The position numbers and the translations under genes are program-made. Under the pieces are notes generated by a model that searched no databases, was not told the DNA's origin, and saw only the letters and a list, made by a program, of their open reading frames with translations. Source: Promethearchaeota archaeon (GTDB lineage Archaea > Asgardarchaeota > Heimdallarchaeia > Hodarchaeales > Hodarchaeaceae). Taken from it: 62,941 bases of DNA. The stretch spans positions 1 through 62,941 of the forward strand of contig JBHLMN010000028.1 of assembly GCA_048938105.1 (NCBI GenBank). Direction: 5' to 3'. Position 1 is the first letter of the stretch. Each line of letters begins with the position of its first letter. Positions 39,755 to 50,169 of this stretch are shown piece by piece.

Positions 39755-40876
39755 ATGTTTAAATACACAAAATGTCAGATTTGTAACATAAAACCACCAA
39801 TATTAGCTGCTTCTTTAGGTATCTGTTCAGAATGTGTTAAAAATTACCCTGAAGAAGCAATTGAGTGGTCACGTATATCTCATGGTAAGAATCGTGCGAA
39901 ATGGGATTTAATGCCTGATATCCCGAACGGTTTTGGGGGCCAGCAGTGTCGTATTTGTTCAAATGAGTGCCTCATTGGATTAGGAGAAAGTGGCTATTGT
40001 GGAATTAGGAAAAATGTCAACGGTCATTTAGAATCTATTGCAGGGAAAAACAAAGCATTGTTACATACATACCTTGATCCTATTCCTACAAATTGTTGTA
40101 GCACATACTTTTGTCCAGGAGGAACAGAAGCTGGTTATCCCCAATTTTCATACCACAAAGGCCCAGAACGTGGTTATTATAATCTTGCCTGTTTTCTTTA
40201 TGGATGCAATTTTTCTTGTTTAGGTTGCCAGAATGATCAACATAGGGCCGTGAAAACCGCAGAAATATACACATTTGATAAATTTGTATCTAAAATTCAA
40301 AATAATCCAAAAATATCCTGCATTTGTTGGTTTGGAGGATCTCCTGAACCACAGTTGTCATGGGCCCTTCGGGCTAGCAGACGAGCTAGGGACATTGCAC
40401 TTGACCGAATTCTTCGAGTGTGTTGGGAATGGAATGGGGCTGGAAATCCAAAACTTGTGCAAAATGCAGTAGCATTATCATTCGTAACAGGGGGTAATGC
40501 GAAGTTTGATTTAAAATATTTCTCTCCCACACTCTCTCTAGTCTTAAGTGGGGTATCTAATGAACAGTCGTTTAAAAATTTTGAGATATGCTTTAATAAA
40601 TTCTATCATGAGAGAAAAGAAAACCCAGTTTTAACTGCAACGACTTTATTGGTTCCCAGTTACGTTGATAAAGAGGAGGTCAGTAATATTGCTCAATTCT
40701 TAGCTTCATTAGATAAATCTATTCCATATTCCCTTTTAGTTTTCCATCCCGATTCGTTTCTAATGGATCTTCCTGTTACACCTCTCCGACAAGTTAAAGA
40801 ATGTTATGAAGCTGCTACGAAGCACCTAGAAAATGTTCATATTGGTAATAAGCACTTAATTGGCTGGGCTATTTAG
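39755..40876 (+). CDS. Radical SAM protein (AmmeMemoRadiSam/PflA-like)
   Basis: CRICSNEC..GYCGIR, DPIP, GCNFSCLGCQN, GGSPEP. Confidence 0.88.
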   Translation: MFKYTKCQICNIKPPILAASLGICSECVKNYPEEAIEWSRISHGKNRAKWDLMPDIPNGFGGQQCRICSNECLIGLGESGYCGIRKNVNGHLESIAGKNKALLHTYLDPIPTNCCSTYFCPGGTEAGYPQFSYHKGPERGYYNLACFLYGCNFSCLGCQNDQHRAVKTAEIYTFDKFVSKIQNNPKISCICWFGGSPEPQLSWALRASRRARDIALDRILRVCWEWNGAGNPKLVQNAVALSFVTGGNAKFDLKYFSPTLSLVLSGVSNEQSFKNFEICFNKFYHERKENPVLTATTLLVPSYVDKEEVSNIAQFLASLDKSIPYSLLVFHPDSFLMDLPVTPLRQVKECYEAATKHLENVHIGNKHLIGWAI

Positions 40877-41013
40877 TTATAAATTTCTGGGAGAGCTTAA
40901 ATTATCCTTTTTTTAACAGTATCATACAACTACCAGTTAGGACGTAGTGTACCCACATCAAGTTTCTCTTTCATGGTCAGACATTTTTCTGCCAGTTTAG
41001 AGATCATATTTGA

Positions 41014-41280
41014 AATAAATTCCCTATTTATCCAATTGAAACAACAACTGTGCTAACAACAGAGACAATAACTGTACCTACAACAATACCTACAAAAGTA
41101 CCAACCACTGTGACGGCAATAAAACCGACAACTGTGATATTAGCTGAATCAACGGAATCAATTACATCATCTAGAACAGAAACAACAACAAAAGCAGCAG
41201 CCTACAGTTTCTCTGGGTTAATAATTTTCATACTACTTATTACAGGTATCACTACTCTTCGTAGAAAAAGGGGTTCCTAA
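41014..41280 (+). pseudogene. Orphan Thr-rich stalk and membrane anchor of a surface protein
   Basis: Contains only a stalk, TM and RRKR, with no signal peptide; in-frame TGA at 41011 upstream. Confidence 0.55.
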
Positions 41281-41430
41281 AAGATCAGTCACTTTATATC
41301 CCTATTTTTCATATTACTCGTAAAATGCAGTAGTTATACCATTTAATTCAGTTGAGAATGTAAAATTTGATCTGAAATATTTCTTTTCCTCCCTTTTAAG
41401 TATTAAGTGGAGTATCCAATTTTGATAGTG

Positions 41431-41667
41431 TTAGATTTCTGGGAGAGTCCAAATTAAAGCTTTCTTTTCCCGTGAAATAATTTTTGTGATCAATCCTTGA
41501 GAATTTAATTCCGCTAATGCAGCTGGAATCCGATCACTACATTCCTCAATTCCAAGACTCTCGGCCTCTTTAATTAATTCAGTTGTAGTGGCCTCTTTCA
41601 TATCCTTTAATAGTTCTATAATTAACGTATTTGTTTTATCTTGATCTTTCATTGACATTATAAACAC
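41431..41667 (-). CDS. Small winged-helix protein
   Basis: IIELLK..ATTTELI..ALAELNSQGLITK..W pattern. Confidence 0.65.
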   Translation of the reverse strand: MFIMSMKDQDKTNTLIIELLKDMKEATTTELIKEAESLGIEECSDRIPAALAELNSQGLITKIISREKKALIWTLPEI

Positions 41668-41695
41668 TGTAAGAACATTAAATTTAATGGGTCGT

Positions 41696-42949
41696 TCAAG
41701 TCATAATATCAAATATTTCTTGTAAGGTTTCTACAAAGATATTAACCTCTTCAACAGTATTATAAAAATACCAGCTGGGACGGAGAGTACCCACGTCGAG
41801 ATGCTTTTGATGGTGGAATGCGTGCGTACAGTGAAATCCTGATCTTAGAAATATATTTTTCATTTCATCCATTAGAATCGCAACTTCGTGTGGGTTTAAT
41901 TGATCTTTTAAATCGATAGCCGCTAATGCTGCTCTCTGTTCAGGATTTTCTGGGCCTAAAATGTGTATTTTATTCCCAAAAGTCTCTCTCAAATTAATTA
42001 TCATTGTTCGACTAAGAAGTTTCTCATGAGATTGGATTTTATCCATACCAACTGAAGCTAAATATTTCACAGTTGCACCTGAAGCTATTGCTCCTGCATA
42101 ATTTTGCAGACCTGCTTCAAACTTGGTTGGAGGACTAAGAAGGTTGATATCATGTGGATAATGAACATCAGAAACGGTCTCCCCACCCAGAATCAAAGGT
42201 TCCATTCTTTCTAGAAGATCATATCGTCCATAAAGAAAGCCCATGCCTGTGGGTCCACAGGCTTTATGCATAGATGCAGCAAAAAGATCTACCCCCATTT
42301 TTTGGACATCAATCGGTCGATGGGGAAAACTTTGAGCTGCATCTAATTGTAATATACCATCTCTTTCGTGTACAATTTGAGCTATCTCAGTTTCAGGAAT
42401 GTGGGCGGCAGTAACATTACTAGTATGGTTTAAACTCGCAAGAAAATTCCCCTCCTCACACTTCTCCACAATTTCAGTAAATTCTTCGATATTAAACTTT
42501 CCAGTTAATGGCATCTCCATGATTTTTAAGTCGATCTTTCCCAAATTATGCAACCGAACCCATTTCACTAAATTAGAATTGTGACTTTCAGATGTTGTGA
42601 TTATAGTTCCCTTTTCATTCCCTTCAATCGAGAGACAATTGCTACCTAGGTTTAATGCTTCAGTTGTATTCCGTACCCAAACAATTTCAGCTGGATTTTT
42701 CGCGTTGATAAACCTTGCCAAGTCTTTTCGAGCTTCATCATATAGACGGGTCGTTTTTAACGAAAAAGCATGGGGGCTGCGACCAGCACATGCAGTATAT
42801 TCAGTGTAATATGCTATCAGAGCATCGATAACCTGTTGAGGCTTGAGTGCCATACAAGCCGAGTCAGCGTAAATAATTGGTTTTCCATCTTTAAGTTGAT
42901 GAAGCGCTGGAAAATTAGTCCTAACATTTTTTACGTCCAATCCCATTTT
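41696..42949 (-). CDS. sufS: Cysteine desulfurase, SufS family
   Basis: IYADSAC..KP, RNTTEALN, DAAQS, SMHKACGPTGMG, FEAGLQN, RSGFHC. Confidence 0.88.
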   Translation of the reverse strand, partial: KMGLDVKNVRTNFPALHQLKDGKPIIYADSACMALKPQQVIDALIAYYTEYTACAGRSPHAFSLKTTRLYDEARKDLARFINAKNPAEIVWVRNTTEALNLGSNCLSIEGNEKGTIITTSESHNSNLVKWVRLHNLGKIDLKIMEMPLTGKFNIEEFTEIVEKCEEGNFLASLNHTSNVTAAHIPETEIAQIVHERDGILQLDAAQSFPHRPIDVQKMGVDLFAASMHKACGPTGMGFLYGRYDLLERMEPLILGGETVSDVHYPHDINLLSPPTKFEAGLQNYAGAIASGATVKYLASVGMDKIQSHEKLLSRTMIINLRETFGNKIHILGPENPEQRAALAAIDLKDQLNPHEVAILMDEMKNIFLRSGFHCTHAFHHQKHLDVGTLRPSWYFYNTVEEVNIFVETLQEIFDIMT

Positions 42950-43234
42950 AGAAACCATCTGTAACAGGTATACTTCATTCAATTGCAAGAGTTTTTCATA
43001 AGTCTGATTTTAGCAGGAATTAATCTTTATTTTGTGTTTGAACCAATTTCCCAAGTAGTATTAAGAACTGTTGGCTAGCACCTCTGGAAATAATATTCAG
43101 CTTTATTTTAAATCTGTGGCTTAGGGGAATGAGTTTACTGGTTATTATAAATTCTAGATCAGAATTGTGGCATTTCCAGACTTAAATCGCAAGAAGAAAG
43201 ATTATTATGATTTGTCAAGTTGTGAAGTGAACCT

Positions 43235-43927
43235 TTAGACTATTTTTTTGGGGTTAAAAAATGGGGCACCATGACCTGGAATGATTACTGAGGCATATTT
43301 AACGATTTTTTGAAATGAATATTCTGCTATTTGAGATGATTCAAAATCAGGATTATAATTCCAAGTTTTTCTTGCTAAAAAATAAGATAATGATGTTACC
43401 GCATCACCTGCAACCACGATATTATTTCCATCATAGATAAAACGAAGAGAAAAATGATTAGCAGTATGACCTGGAGTTGACATTGCATATACTCCCTTGA
43501 TAATTTCATCACCATCCTCTACTCCTATTAAATTGGAGAAACGGGTATCAAGACGGTGATGACTGATAGCTGTTCTAGATGTAAAAATTTTAGCGTTGGA
43601 AAAAAGTTTTAAATTTCCAAAATGATCTCGGTGCCAATGAGTAATAAATATATTCTCAATGTTTTCAGGAATATATCCTAATGTGAGTAAACGCTCCTTA
43701 AGCTTTTCCTGATTCTTTTCTAGGTTGGAAACGGATCCATCTTCCTCATTCTCGAAACCAGTATCTACTAATAATGCTTCAGTTGGCGAAGCATCATTTT
43801 CAATTAGAGTGACTGAAGAAGCTCCAGTAATTCCCAATGATTTTTTGAATGGCCAAACTGTAATTGGTTCAAACTGTTCAATTGGTATAGTTCCTGTTTT
43901 AATAATACATACAGTCTGAATCGACAT
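43235..43927 (-). CDS. MBL-fold metallo-hydrolase
   Basis: VDTG, THWHRDHFGN, TPGHT, AGDA, PGHG. Confidence 0.9.
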   Translation of the reverse strand: MSIQTVCIIKTGTIPIEQFEPITVWPFKKSLGITGASSVTLIENDASPTEALLVDTGFENEEDGSVSNLEKNQEKLKERLLTLGYIPENIENIFITHWHRDHFGNLKLFSNAKIFTSRTAISHHRLDTRFSNLIGVEDGDEIIKGVYAMSTPGHTANHFSLRFIYDGNNIVVAGDAVTSLSYFLARKTWNYNPDFESSQIAEYSFQKIVKYASVIIPGHGAPFFNPKKIV

Positions 43928-43946
43928 TTTAGTACCCTCTTATTTT

Positions 43947-46010
43947 TTAATTATTCAGAATTTCTAATGTCCTGCGAATTCTCTCTCTCAAAGCCATTTT
44001 TTCATGAATAATTTCTTTAATTTCTTGTGAGATAGCATTTTTTTTCTCCTTATCTCGTGGTATTGGTAAATATAAGTCCAATAGTCTATTACCTAATGTT
44101 GAAATGGTTGATTGAATGAAAGTCTTTGCTTTTATTTGATCTTGTACGATATCGGTATTGAAAGCCCAAAATAGTAGAAATTCATCCAGAAATTCCTTTT
44201 TAACTACTCTTATCTTTTTCAAATGGCTTTGAATAAGAATCTGGGTATCTTTTTCCGTTATCATTGCAGTTTTCCCAATTAAGAACGTACCATCATTCAC
44301 TAATAGAATATCTCCTGTTCTAATATCCTGTTTGTCTTTAAATAGCTCAAATACTTCCCTTGCGACTTGTTTCTTAGGATCAATGTTAATTTCCCAATTA
44401 ATAAGATCTGATGTTCTTACGAATGGAATTCTACCAGTCCCATAAAATTTGGATCCTATTTCATGTCCTCTTGTTATTTGGAGTATTCCTTCTTTTACTA
44501 GGTCCCCAATTTTAACTAGTTGATATTTCCCCTCGTTATCAATGATATGTAATCGTTGAGTGATCTCTGGATTATAGTACTCTGGGATGAGAATTTGGTT
44601 CTCAATCTGGGAGTTTGAAAAGATGAATCCCAAGTGTGATTGATCTTGTAGAGTACCCGTTCTAAATTTTTTATATTTTTCAACTATTTTGGGGAAATCA
44701 TCATTAATTACTTTATTTCCATTTCCACCCAGTAAAAAATCTCCTGTTTTATCCATTAAATAAAGTGGTTTACCGTTTTTATCGTGTCCAACGTTTTCTG
44801 CAATAGCCATAAAAAAAGAATATTCTTTATGCGGTTTACGCTTTTCTATGAACAAAAGTGATGTTTTAGTATGTGTGTGAGGGAGAAATGCTAAATGTGA
44901 ACAACTTATCAACGCCAGAATTGTTACATGTTGGCGTAAATAGTGTAAAATGTATCGATCTGAAGGATTTCCAAAGATCCCATCAGGTAATACTATTCCC
45001 AAACGACCTCCTGGTTTTAGGAGTTCAAGACATCGTTCAATAAAGAGTATTTGAGGTGGTTGTTTATCTTGAAGAGTTTTACTCTCATACCAAGATCCAT
45101 CAGATCGTTTCTTCCATTTATGACCTAGGTGATAATTACGTAAAGTCTCTTTCGAACTTATGGGTATTTTCGCCCCGAATGGTGGATTGGTGCACACTAT
45201 ATCGAAGCTATTCAGTTTAATTGCCTCGAATGCTTTAAAACTCCAGCTTTGTGGTGGATTCAAAGAATTCTCACAAAAAATTACCTTTTTCTGAAAGCCT
45301 AGTATCGCTAAATATAATTGAGTAATTTTTACTAAAAATCGATCCTTATCTATCCCGAAAAATAAATTCGAGTTATAAAGTTCTTGTACACTATCATTTT
45401 TATTTTTTTTTGTTTGTTGAGCTAATCCTACAACCAGAAATCCGCCTGTTCCACAAGCAGGATCGATAAATCGCTCCTTTGGCTTAGGATCAAGAATACC
45501 AATCATTGTTTGAACAATGTTTCGTGGAGTAAAGAATTGTCCTTTGTTTCCTCTAAGAGACGGTCCTAGAAATACTTCAAATGCATCTCCAATTGCATCA
45601 CGACTCGCTTTAATGATGCTATATCTCTCAATACTTTCCACTATTGAAGTTAATGATGATTTATCCACAAGTAATCTATCTTGGTCATCAAACATTGACC
45701 TGTATTGGTTCTTGAGATGATTAAATAACAAAGTCACTCTTTCTGTTAACGTATTTGGAGATTTAATATTGGGGTAATTCAATTGGAAAAGAACTGGTTC
45801 ATCTAGAGAACCATTTAATTCATCATAAATCTTACAGAATAAAAGAAAGATTAGCTGTTCAGCAAGTCTTTCGTCTCTAGTCGTCCCAACAAAATTTCCA
45901 GCAAGTTGATTTCTCATTATCCTAAAAATTTGTTTTAAATCCTTGATTTCAGCTAAATCTTTACGATAAATAATCCTATTCGCGTTAGAGGTCAGAACGC
46001 ATCTCACCAT
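43947..46010 (-). CDS. N6-adenine DNA methyltransferase fused to a single TRD (type I M-S / IIG-like), no nuclease domain
   Basis: GQFFTPR, DPACGTGGF, NPPF, GIVLPDG; C-terminal GHEIGS..IPFVRTSD TRD. Confidence 0.88.
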   Translation of the reverse strand: MVRCVLTSNANRIIYRKDLAEIKDLKQIFRIMRNQLAGNFVGTTRDERLAEQLIFLLFCKIYDELNGSLDEPVLFQLNYPNIKSPNTLTERVTLLFNHLKNQYRSMFDDQDRLLVDKSSLTSIVESIERYSIIKASRDAIGDAFEVFLGPSLRGNKGQFFTPRNIVQTMIGILDPKPKERFIDPACGTGGFLVVGLAQQTKKNKNDSVQELYNSNLFFGIDKDRFLVKITQLYLAILGFQKKVIFCENSLNPPQSWSFKAFEAIKLNSFDIVCTNPPFGAKIPISSKETLRNYHLGHKWKKRSDGSWYESKTLQDKQPPQILFIERCLELLKPGGRLGIVLPDGIFGNPSDRYILHYLRQHVTILALISCSHLAFLPHTHTKTSLLFIEKRKPHKEYSFFMAIAENVGHDKNGKPLYLMDKTGDFLLGGNGNKVINDDFPKIVEKYKKFRTGTLQDQSHLGFIFSNSQIENQILIPEYYNPEITQRLHIIDNEGKYQLVKIGDLVKEGILQITRGHEIGSKFYGTGRIPFVRTSDLINWEINIDPKKQVAREVFELFKDKQDIRTGDILLVNDGTFLIGKTAMITEKDTQILIQSHLKKIRVVKKEFLDEFLLFWAFNTDIVQDQIKAKTFIQSTISTLGNRLLDLYLPIPRDKEKKNAISQEIKEIIHEKMALRERIRRTLEILNN

Positions 46011-46257
46011 GATAGCTTGGTCTAAATTCCCATCATTTTCAAAGCTAGTTATTCATTTCAGAGCTGTTTTGATAAATATTCTCATGAAGTTTCATAAAAA
46101 TAAAATTCATATAGATTCTTAAAGCTCAACGTATAAAGAGTAATAAACCATAATTAAAAGCAAATGGCCATTGAGTTGTAAAAGACCTAGTATTTGGGTT
46201 CAGTCATGGGAATTAATTCCGCTAATTCAATATTATTTTTTTTGTTGGTTAAGTCTT

Positions 46258-47085
46258 ATGCACCCTGACATGTTTAACTATCCTGTGGAAGTTTCTAAGC
46301 ATGAAGATGGGGTTTGGCCATTTAACGTAGATTTTGATCAAACAGAAATTCTTCAATGCCTTAATGCTTTCTTTGGGCATCCTGACATGCATAGTAATGT
46401 TTTCCAGTTTTATGAGGTTAATCGTCCAGGTTTTGGAATAGATCGAGCAGTCACCGTCTTATCTAATCTGAAGAATGAATACTATACTATTAGAATTTTT
46501 ACCAAACCAAGTATTGTATCCACTACAGTTCCTTTTGATCCTGCAGCTTATATTAAGGATCGGATTCAACAGCTTTTTATGGCATTACGAGACCATTATC
46601 CAGCTACCTATTTTCTTAATACGAAACATCTTCTAATTATTCTCCAACAATTCGTTTTCTTTCCAGTATGTCAATTCATCAAACCTAGCGAAATTAGAGA
46701 TCTGTTGGAAATAATTTGGTATGCAGCAAAAGCTCGAATTCTTCTTGACTATAATCAAAATCATTGGCTAGTATCAGATGAAGGACACTTGTTGTATGTT
46801 GATACTGATTTCATGGGACAGGTTTTAGAAGATCGTCAAATTGCTTTCTATGAGAATTTTAATCAAGCCATGGTATTCATAGACTTTGAGAATTGTAAGA
46901 TACTCTCCAAAATTTTACCAGAATTCGCAACACGAGGCAATGACTATTCTCAATTTTTAGATGAATTTTTCACTGTACTTAAAAACTATCTAGAAAGCTG
47001 GAAGAAAGTTGAAATCATTTCTGAGAAAGTCCAAAGAAAATTAGATTGCTTCTATGATATATTGAACAAATACTGGACTAGGTAA
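46258..47085 (+). CDS. Divergent protein-kinase-fold protein (probable pseudokinase)
   Basis: GFGIDRAV, YTIRIF, ILQQFV and LLDYNQNHWLV..LLYVDTD at kinase-like spacing. Confidence 0.55.
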   Translation: MHPDMFNYPVEVSKHEDGVWPFNVDFDQTEILQCLNAFFGHPDMHSNVFQFYEVNRPGFGIDRAVTVLSNLKNEYYTIRIFTKPSIVSTTVPFDPAAYIKDRIQQLFMALRDHYPATYFLNTKHLLIILQQFVFFPVCQFIKPSEIRDLLEIIWYAAKARILLDYNQNHWLVSDEGHLLYVDTDFMGQVLEDRQIAFYENFNQAMVFIDFENCKILSKILPEFATRGNDYSQFLDEFFTVLKNYLESWKKVEIISEKVQRKLDCFYDILNKYWTR

Positions 47086-47091
47086 TCAATA

Positions 47092-47634
47092 TTGCCCAGT
47101 GAGTCAAAGTACAAACATATACTTATAACTGGGAGGCCTGGAATTGGAAAAACAACATTAATTAAAAAAATAGTAACAGAAATCAAAAGATTAAGGCCTA
47201 ATTGGCATATTACAGGCTTTTACACAAGCGAATGTCGTCAAAAGGGACGGAGGATAGGATTCGACATTCATACACTAGATGGACAACAAGGTGTTCTTGC
47301 ACGCTTAATTGATACTGAATTCAAATCTAACTTTCGAGTAGGAAAATATTCAGTTGATGTTACAGATTTAAATGATATTGCTGTTCCTTTATTGTATCAA
47401 CAAGCTGAATTAGTAATTATTGATGAGCTCGGCAAAATGGAGCTTTTCTCCCCCCAATTTAGAGAAGCCGTGGAATACGCACTTGATAATCAATCCAGAA
47501 TACTAGCTACGATTCCCTACTATGAAAATATATTTCTAACTTCCATTAAACATAAATCTAGTGTCCAAATATGGGAATTGAACCGTTCAAATCAAAAAAA
47601 GGTTTTTGAAAAAATCGTGGAGCTTTTTAAATAG
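47092..47634 (+). CDS. THEP1-family NTPase
   Basis: ITGRPGIGKTT, GFYT, RIGF, VGKY, IIDELGKME. Confidence 0.93.
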   Translation: MPSESKYKHILITGRPGIGKTTLIKKIVTEIKRLRPNWHITGFYTSECRQKGRRIGFDIHTLDGQQGVLARLIDTEFKSNFRVGKYSVDVTDLNDIAVPLLYQQAELVIIDELGKMELFSPQFREAVEYALDNQSRILATIPYYENIFLTSIKHKSSVQIWELNRSNQKKVFEKIVELFK

Positions 47635-48052
47635 ATTTAGCTACATTTAGTTGATATTCGATCCGTTTTACTAGATCTTGATTATTCCATGGCTTCAAAA
47701 TATAATCTCTCGCTCCACTTTCATAACCTCTTCTAATATCATCTGGGAAAGTTAACGCTGACAAAATAATAACAGGAATGTCTTTATACTTGTTATTATT
47801 CTTAAGTTCTTGACAAAATGTGAAACCGTCTTTCCCTGGCATCTTAATATCTAATAAAATTATATCAGGTAATGGGTTTCCTGACTCTAAGATTTTTATT
47901 GCATCTTTAACCGTATAGGCTTTATTAATCAAATAATTTTCTCTTTTAAGAATCAACTCAAGTAGTTCTACAGCATCTTTTTCATCATCAACCACTAGAA
48001 TACGGAGGCTTGTTTTCTCAGATAAATCTTTAGTATTTTTGATTACATTCAT
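47627..48052 (-). CDS. Stand-alone response regulator receiver
   Basis: ILVVDDE, LLDIKMP..DG, LSA, DYILKP. Confidence 0.93.
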   Translation of the reverse strand: MNVIKNTKDLSEKTSLRILVVDDEKDAVELLELILKRENYLINKAYTVKDAIKILESGNPLPDIILLDIKMPGKDGFTFCQELKNNNKYKDIPVIILSALTFPDDIRRGYESGARDYILKPWNNQDLVKRIEYQLNVAKSI

Positions 48053-48404
48053 GAAAATCAACCTCTCTAGATTCTATCTGTATTTTACTAACATTATCCT
48101 TGTATCATCCTTAATATTGCGTGTGTTATACATATCATAAAGGGTACTATTACGGTTTACCCTACTCAATCACTATTTTATAACTCCATTATCTCTAAGT
48201 ATTATTTGTTTAGACCTTGAAGCTTTGCTTATGTCGAATTGTCTTATTGGAAACTCCTCTCACTATTATAATTGAGTATATAATATATAAGGGTTCCGAA
48301 AATATTTATCTTTTATTACCATAATAATTCGATTAAATAAAAACCTCTTAATGACTTATTTTAATGGATTTTTCTCTGATTCTTAATCAAGAAATTATAT
48401 CAGA

Positions 48405-49043
48405 TTAGAGAAATATAATACCAGTCTGAGAAAAACCAAAATTACGAATAAAATTGTATGATACCTTATTTTCATGGTAGACTTCGCAAATTAGTTCCAT
48501 AACATTGTTCTCTTCAAAATATTTCGCAGCTCTTGCTGCTAAAAGAAATGCGATTCCTTTACGTCGATAACGAGGGTCTACTCCTATCCCAGCAATAACA
48601 CCCTGTCTATCAAGGTGTATTCCTTGTTTTATCAACGGTTCTATAACCAGAAATATAAAACCGACTATCTGGCCATATAGTTCAGCTACAAATGTCGATT
48701 CTTTAAAATGTTGGACATCCTGCAATGTTAAAGAACGATAAGGATCAGGTGCAGTAATAAAGGCTCTGTTGTAACACCGAACGAACATTTCTGCGTCTTT
48801 ATCTAGTTGAAGTTCTCTTATTCTGACTTTTTTTAGAATAACTCCGTTTTCTTCTTTCATTTCTTTTTCTAGGCGTTTCATTACATCTAGTGCTTGATCC
48901 CAACTCATTTTCATTACAAGGAACTTGTGTTTTTTTCTCGTCTCATTTTTTTCTGCTATTTCTTCCGTTACTTTGGAGTTTCGAAAAAGGAGTCGTCTGA
49001 GTTTAACTGATGCACGTTCAGAGGGATCTCTTAGTCTAGGCAT
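48405..49043 (-). CDS. GNAT N-acetyltransferase
   Basis: IGVDPRYRRKGIA, N..SYNF..GF. Confidence 0.88.
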   Translation of the reverse strand: MPRLRDPSERASVKLRRLLFRNSKVTEEIAEKNETRKKHKFLVMKMSWDQALDVMKRLEKEMKEENGVILKKVRIRELQLDKDAEMFVRCYNRAFITAPDPYRSLTLQDVQHFKESTFVAELYGQIVGFIFLVIEPLIKQGIHLDRQGVIAGIGVDPRYRRKGIAFLLAARAAKYFEENNVMELICEVYHENKVSYNFIRNFGFSQTGIIFL

Positions 49044-49157
49044 TTTTCAATTCCATTTGATTTCAATCATTTGAGCTGATAAATTTCTTTTCTGTGCTGA
49101 ATTAAGATACTATTAAAAAAAGGAATAATAACATTTCACCATTTTGATGAATAACAA

Positions 49158-50099
49158 ATGAATTTAGTTGATTCCACCTTCAAAGAGGTTATTGACTCAC
49201 ATGTTCACCCTATCCAATCGTTAACTTCTGGTGAATCTCTTATAAAAGAAATGGAGAAAGCAAAAGTCACTAAAGCGGTACTATTGGCTCTAGATCTAGA
49301 CCCGAATGTTTTGGATACAGATTTAAACCTTAGGGACGAAATTATTTATGATTTTTTATCTTATTCACTCTTTATAGACCCTTATCAGCTTCTTAATACA
49401 ATGAAAACGATTCTACGTATAGGAAATACTCCAAACGAGCGAGTAGCAAATATAGTTCAACAATACCCTACTCGATTTATTGGATTTGGCTCTGTAAACC
49501 CATCAAAAGATAGTAAATACATAAAGGTAAAACTTCAGGAAATATCAGATCTGAACCTAAAGGGAATAAAATTAATTCCAACATTACAATTTTTCGATCC
49601 TAAGAAGAATAAGAATCTAAAAATCATTTTTAAATTTAGTTATCGTTTAGATTTACCGATATTAATCCACCTTGGGAAGGATCCAGGGCCTTGGGAGATT
49701 CACACCTTACGATGTGTTAAAAAAGGTCACCCAAAGTTCTGGACTAAAATTATTAAGAAATTTTCAAAGAATAAGATAATCTTCGCTCATCTTGGTGGTT
49801 ATGGGAAAACAGATGATGACTCATGGTTGAATGAAGTTCTTAAATTGACCAAAAAAAACACTAATATTTATCTTGATACATCTGCAGTCCCTTACCATTT
49901 GGAGGATCCCTCAGTTGTAAAAATAATTCGTGAAACATGTGGATTTGAAAAAGTATTATTCGGTACTGACACACCAATTGTTATGGGAACATCCATGGAA
50001 CATTCACGATATTTGATTGAGAATAATCCAATTTTAACCAAAGAAGAGAAGTTAATGATTTTTTCAGAAAATGCAAAGGAATTATTTCAGATCAAATGA
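49158..50099 (+). CDS. Amidohydrolase_2 family protein
   Basis: IDSHVH, GIKL, IHLG, AHLG, DTS, FGTD. Confidence 0.9.
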   Translation: MNLVDSTFKEVIDSHVHPIQSLTSGESLIKEMEKAKVTKAVLLALDLDPNVLDTDLNLRDEIIYDFLSYSLFIDPYQLLNTMKTILRIGNTPNERVANIVQQYPTRFIGFGSVNPSKDSKYIKVKLQEISDLNLKGIKLIPTLQFFDPKKNKNLKIIFKFSYRLDLPILIHLGKDPGPWEIHTLRCVKKGHPKFWTKIIKKFSKNKIIFAHLGGYGKTDDDSWLNEVLKLTKKNTNIYLDTSAVPYHLEDPSVVKIIRETCGFEKVLFGTDTPIVMGTSMEHSRYLIENNPILTKEEKLMIFSENAKELFQIK

Positions 50100-50169
50100 A
50101 GTGGTAGATGACTTATTAAATTTAGAAATGTTCCACTAATGTAATTGAATTAAGGAAGGATGGCTACCT

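Noticed and set aside
41011-41013. In-frame TGA as possible selenocysteine
   Set aside because: No redox motif, no proper start and no evident SECIS; decay is the simpler explanation.
43083-43180. TCTGGAAAT...ATTTCCAGA inverted repeat as a possible MITE
   Set aside because: Only 9 bp, with no target-site duplication or second copy seen.
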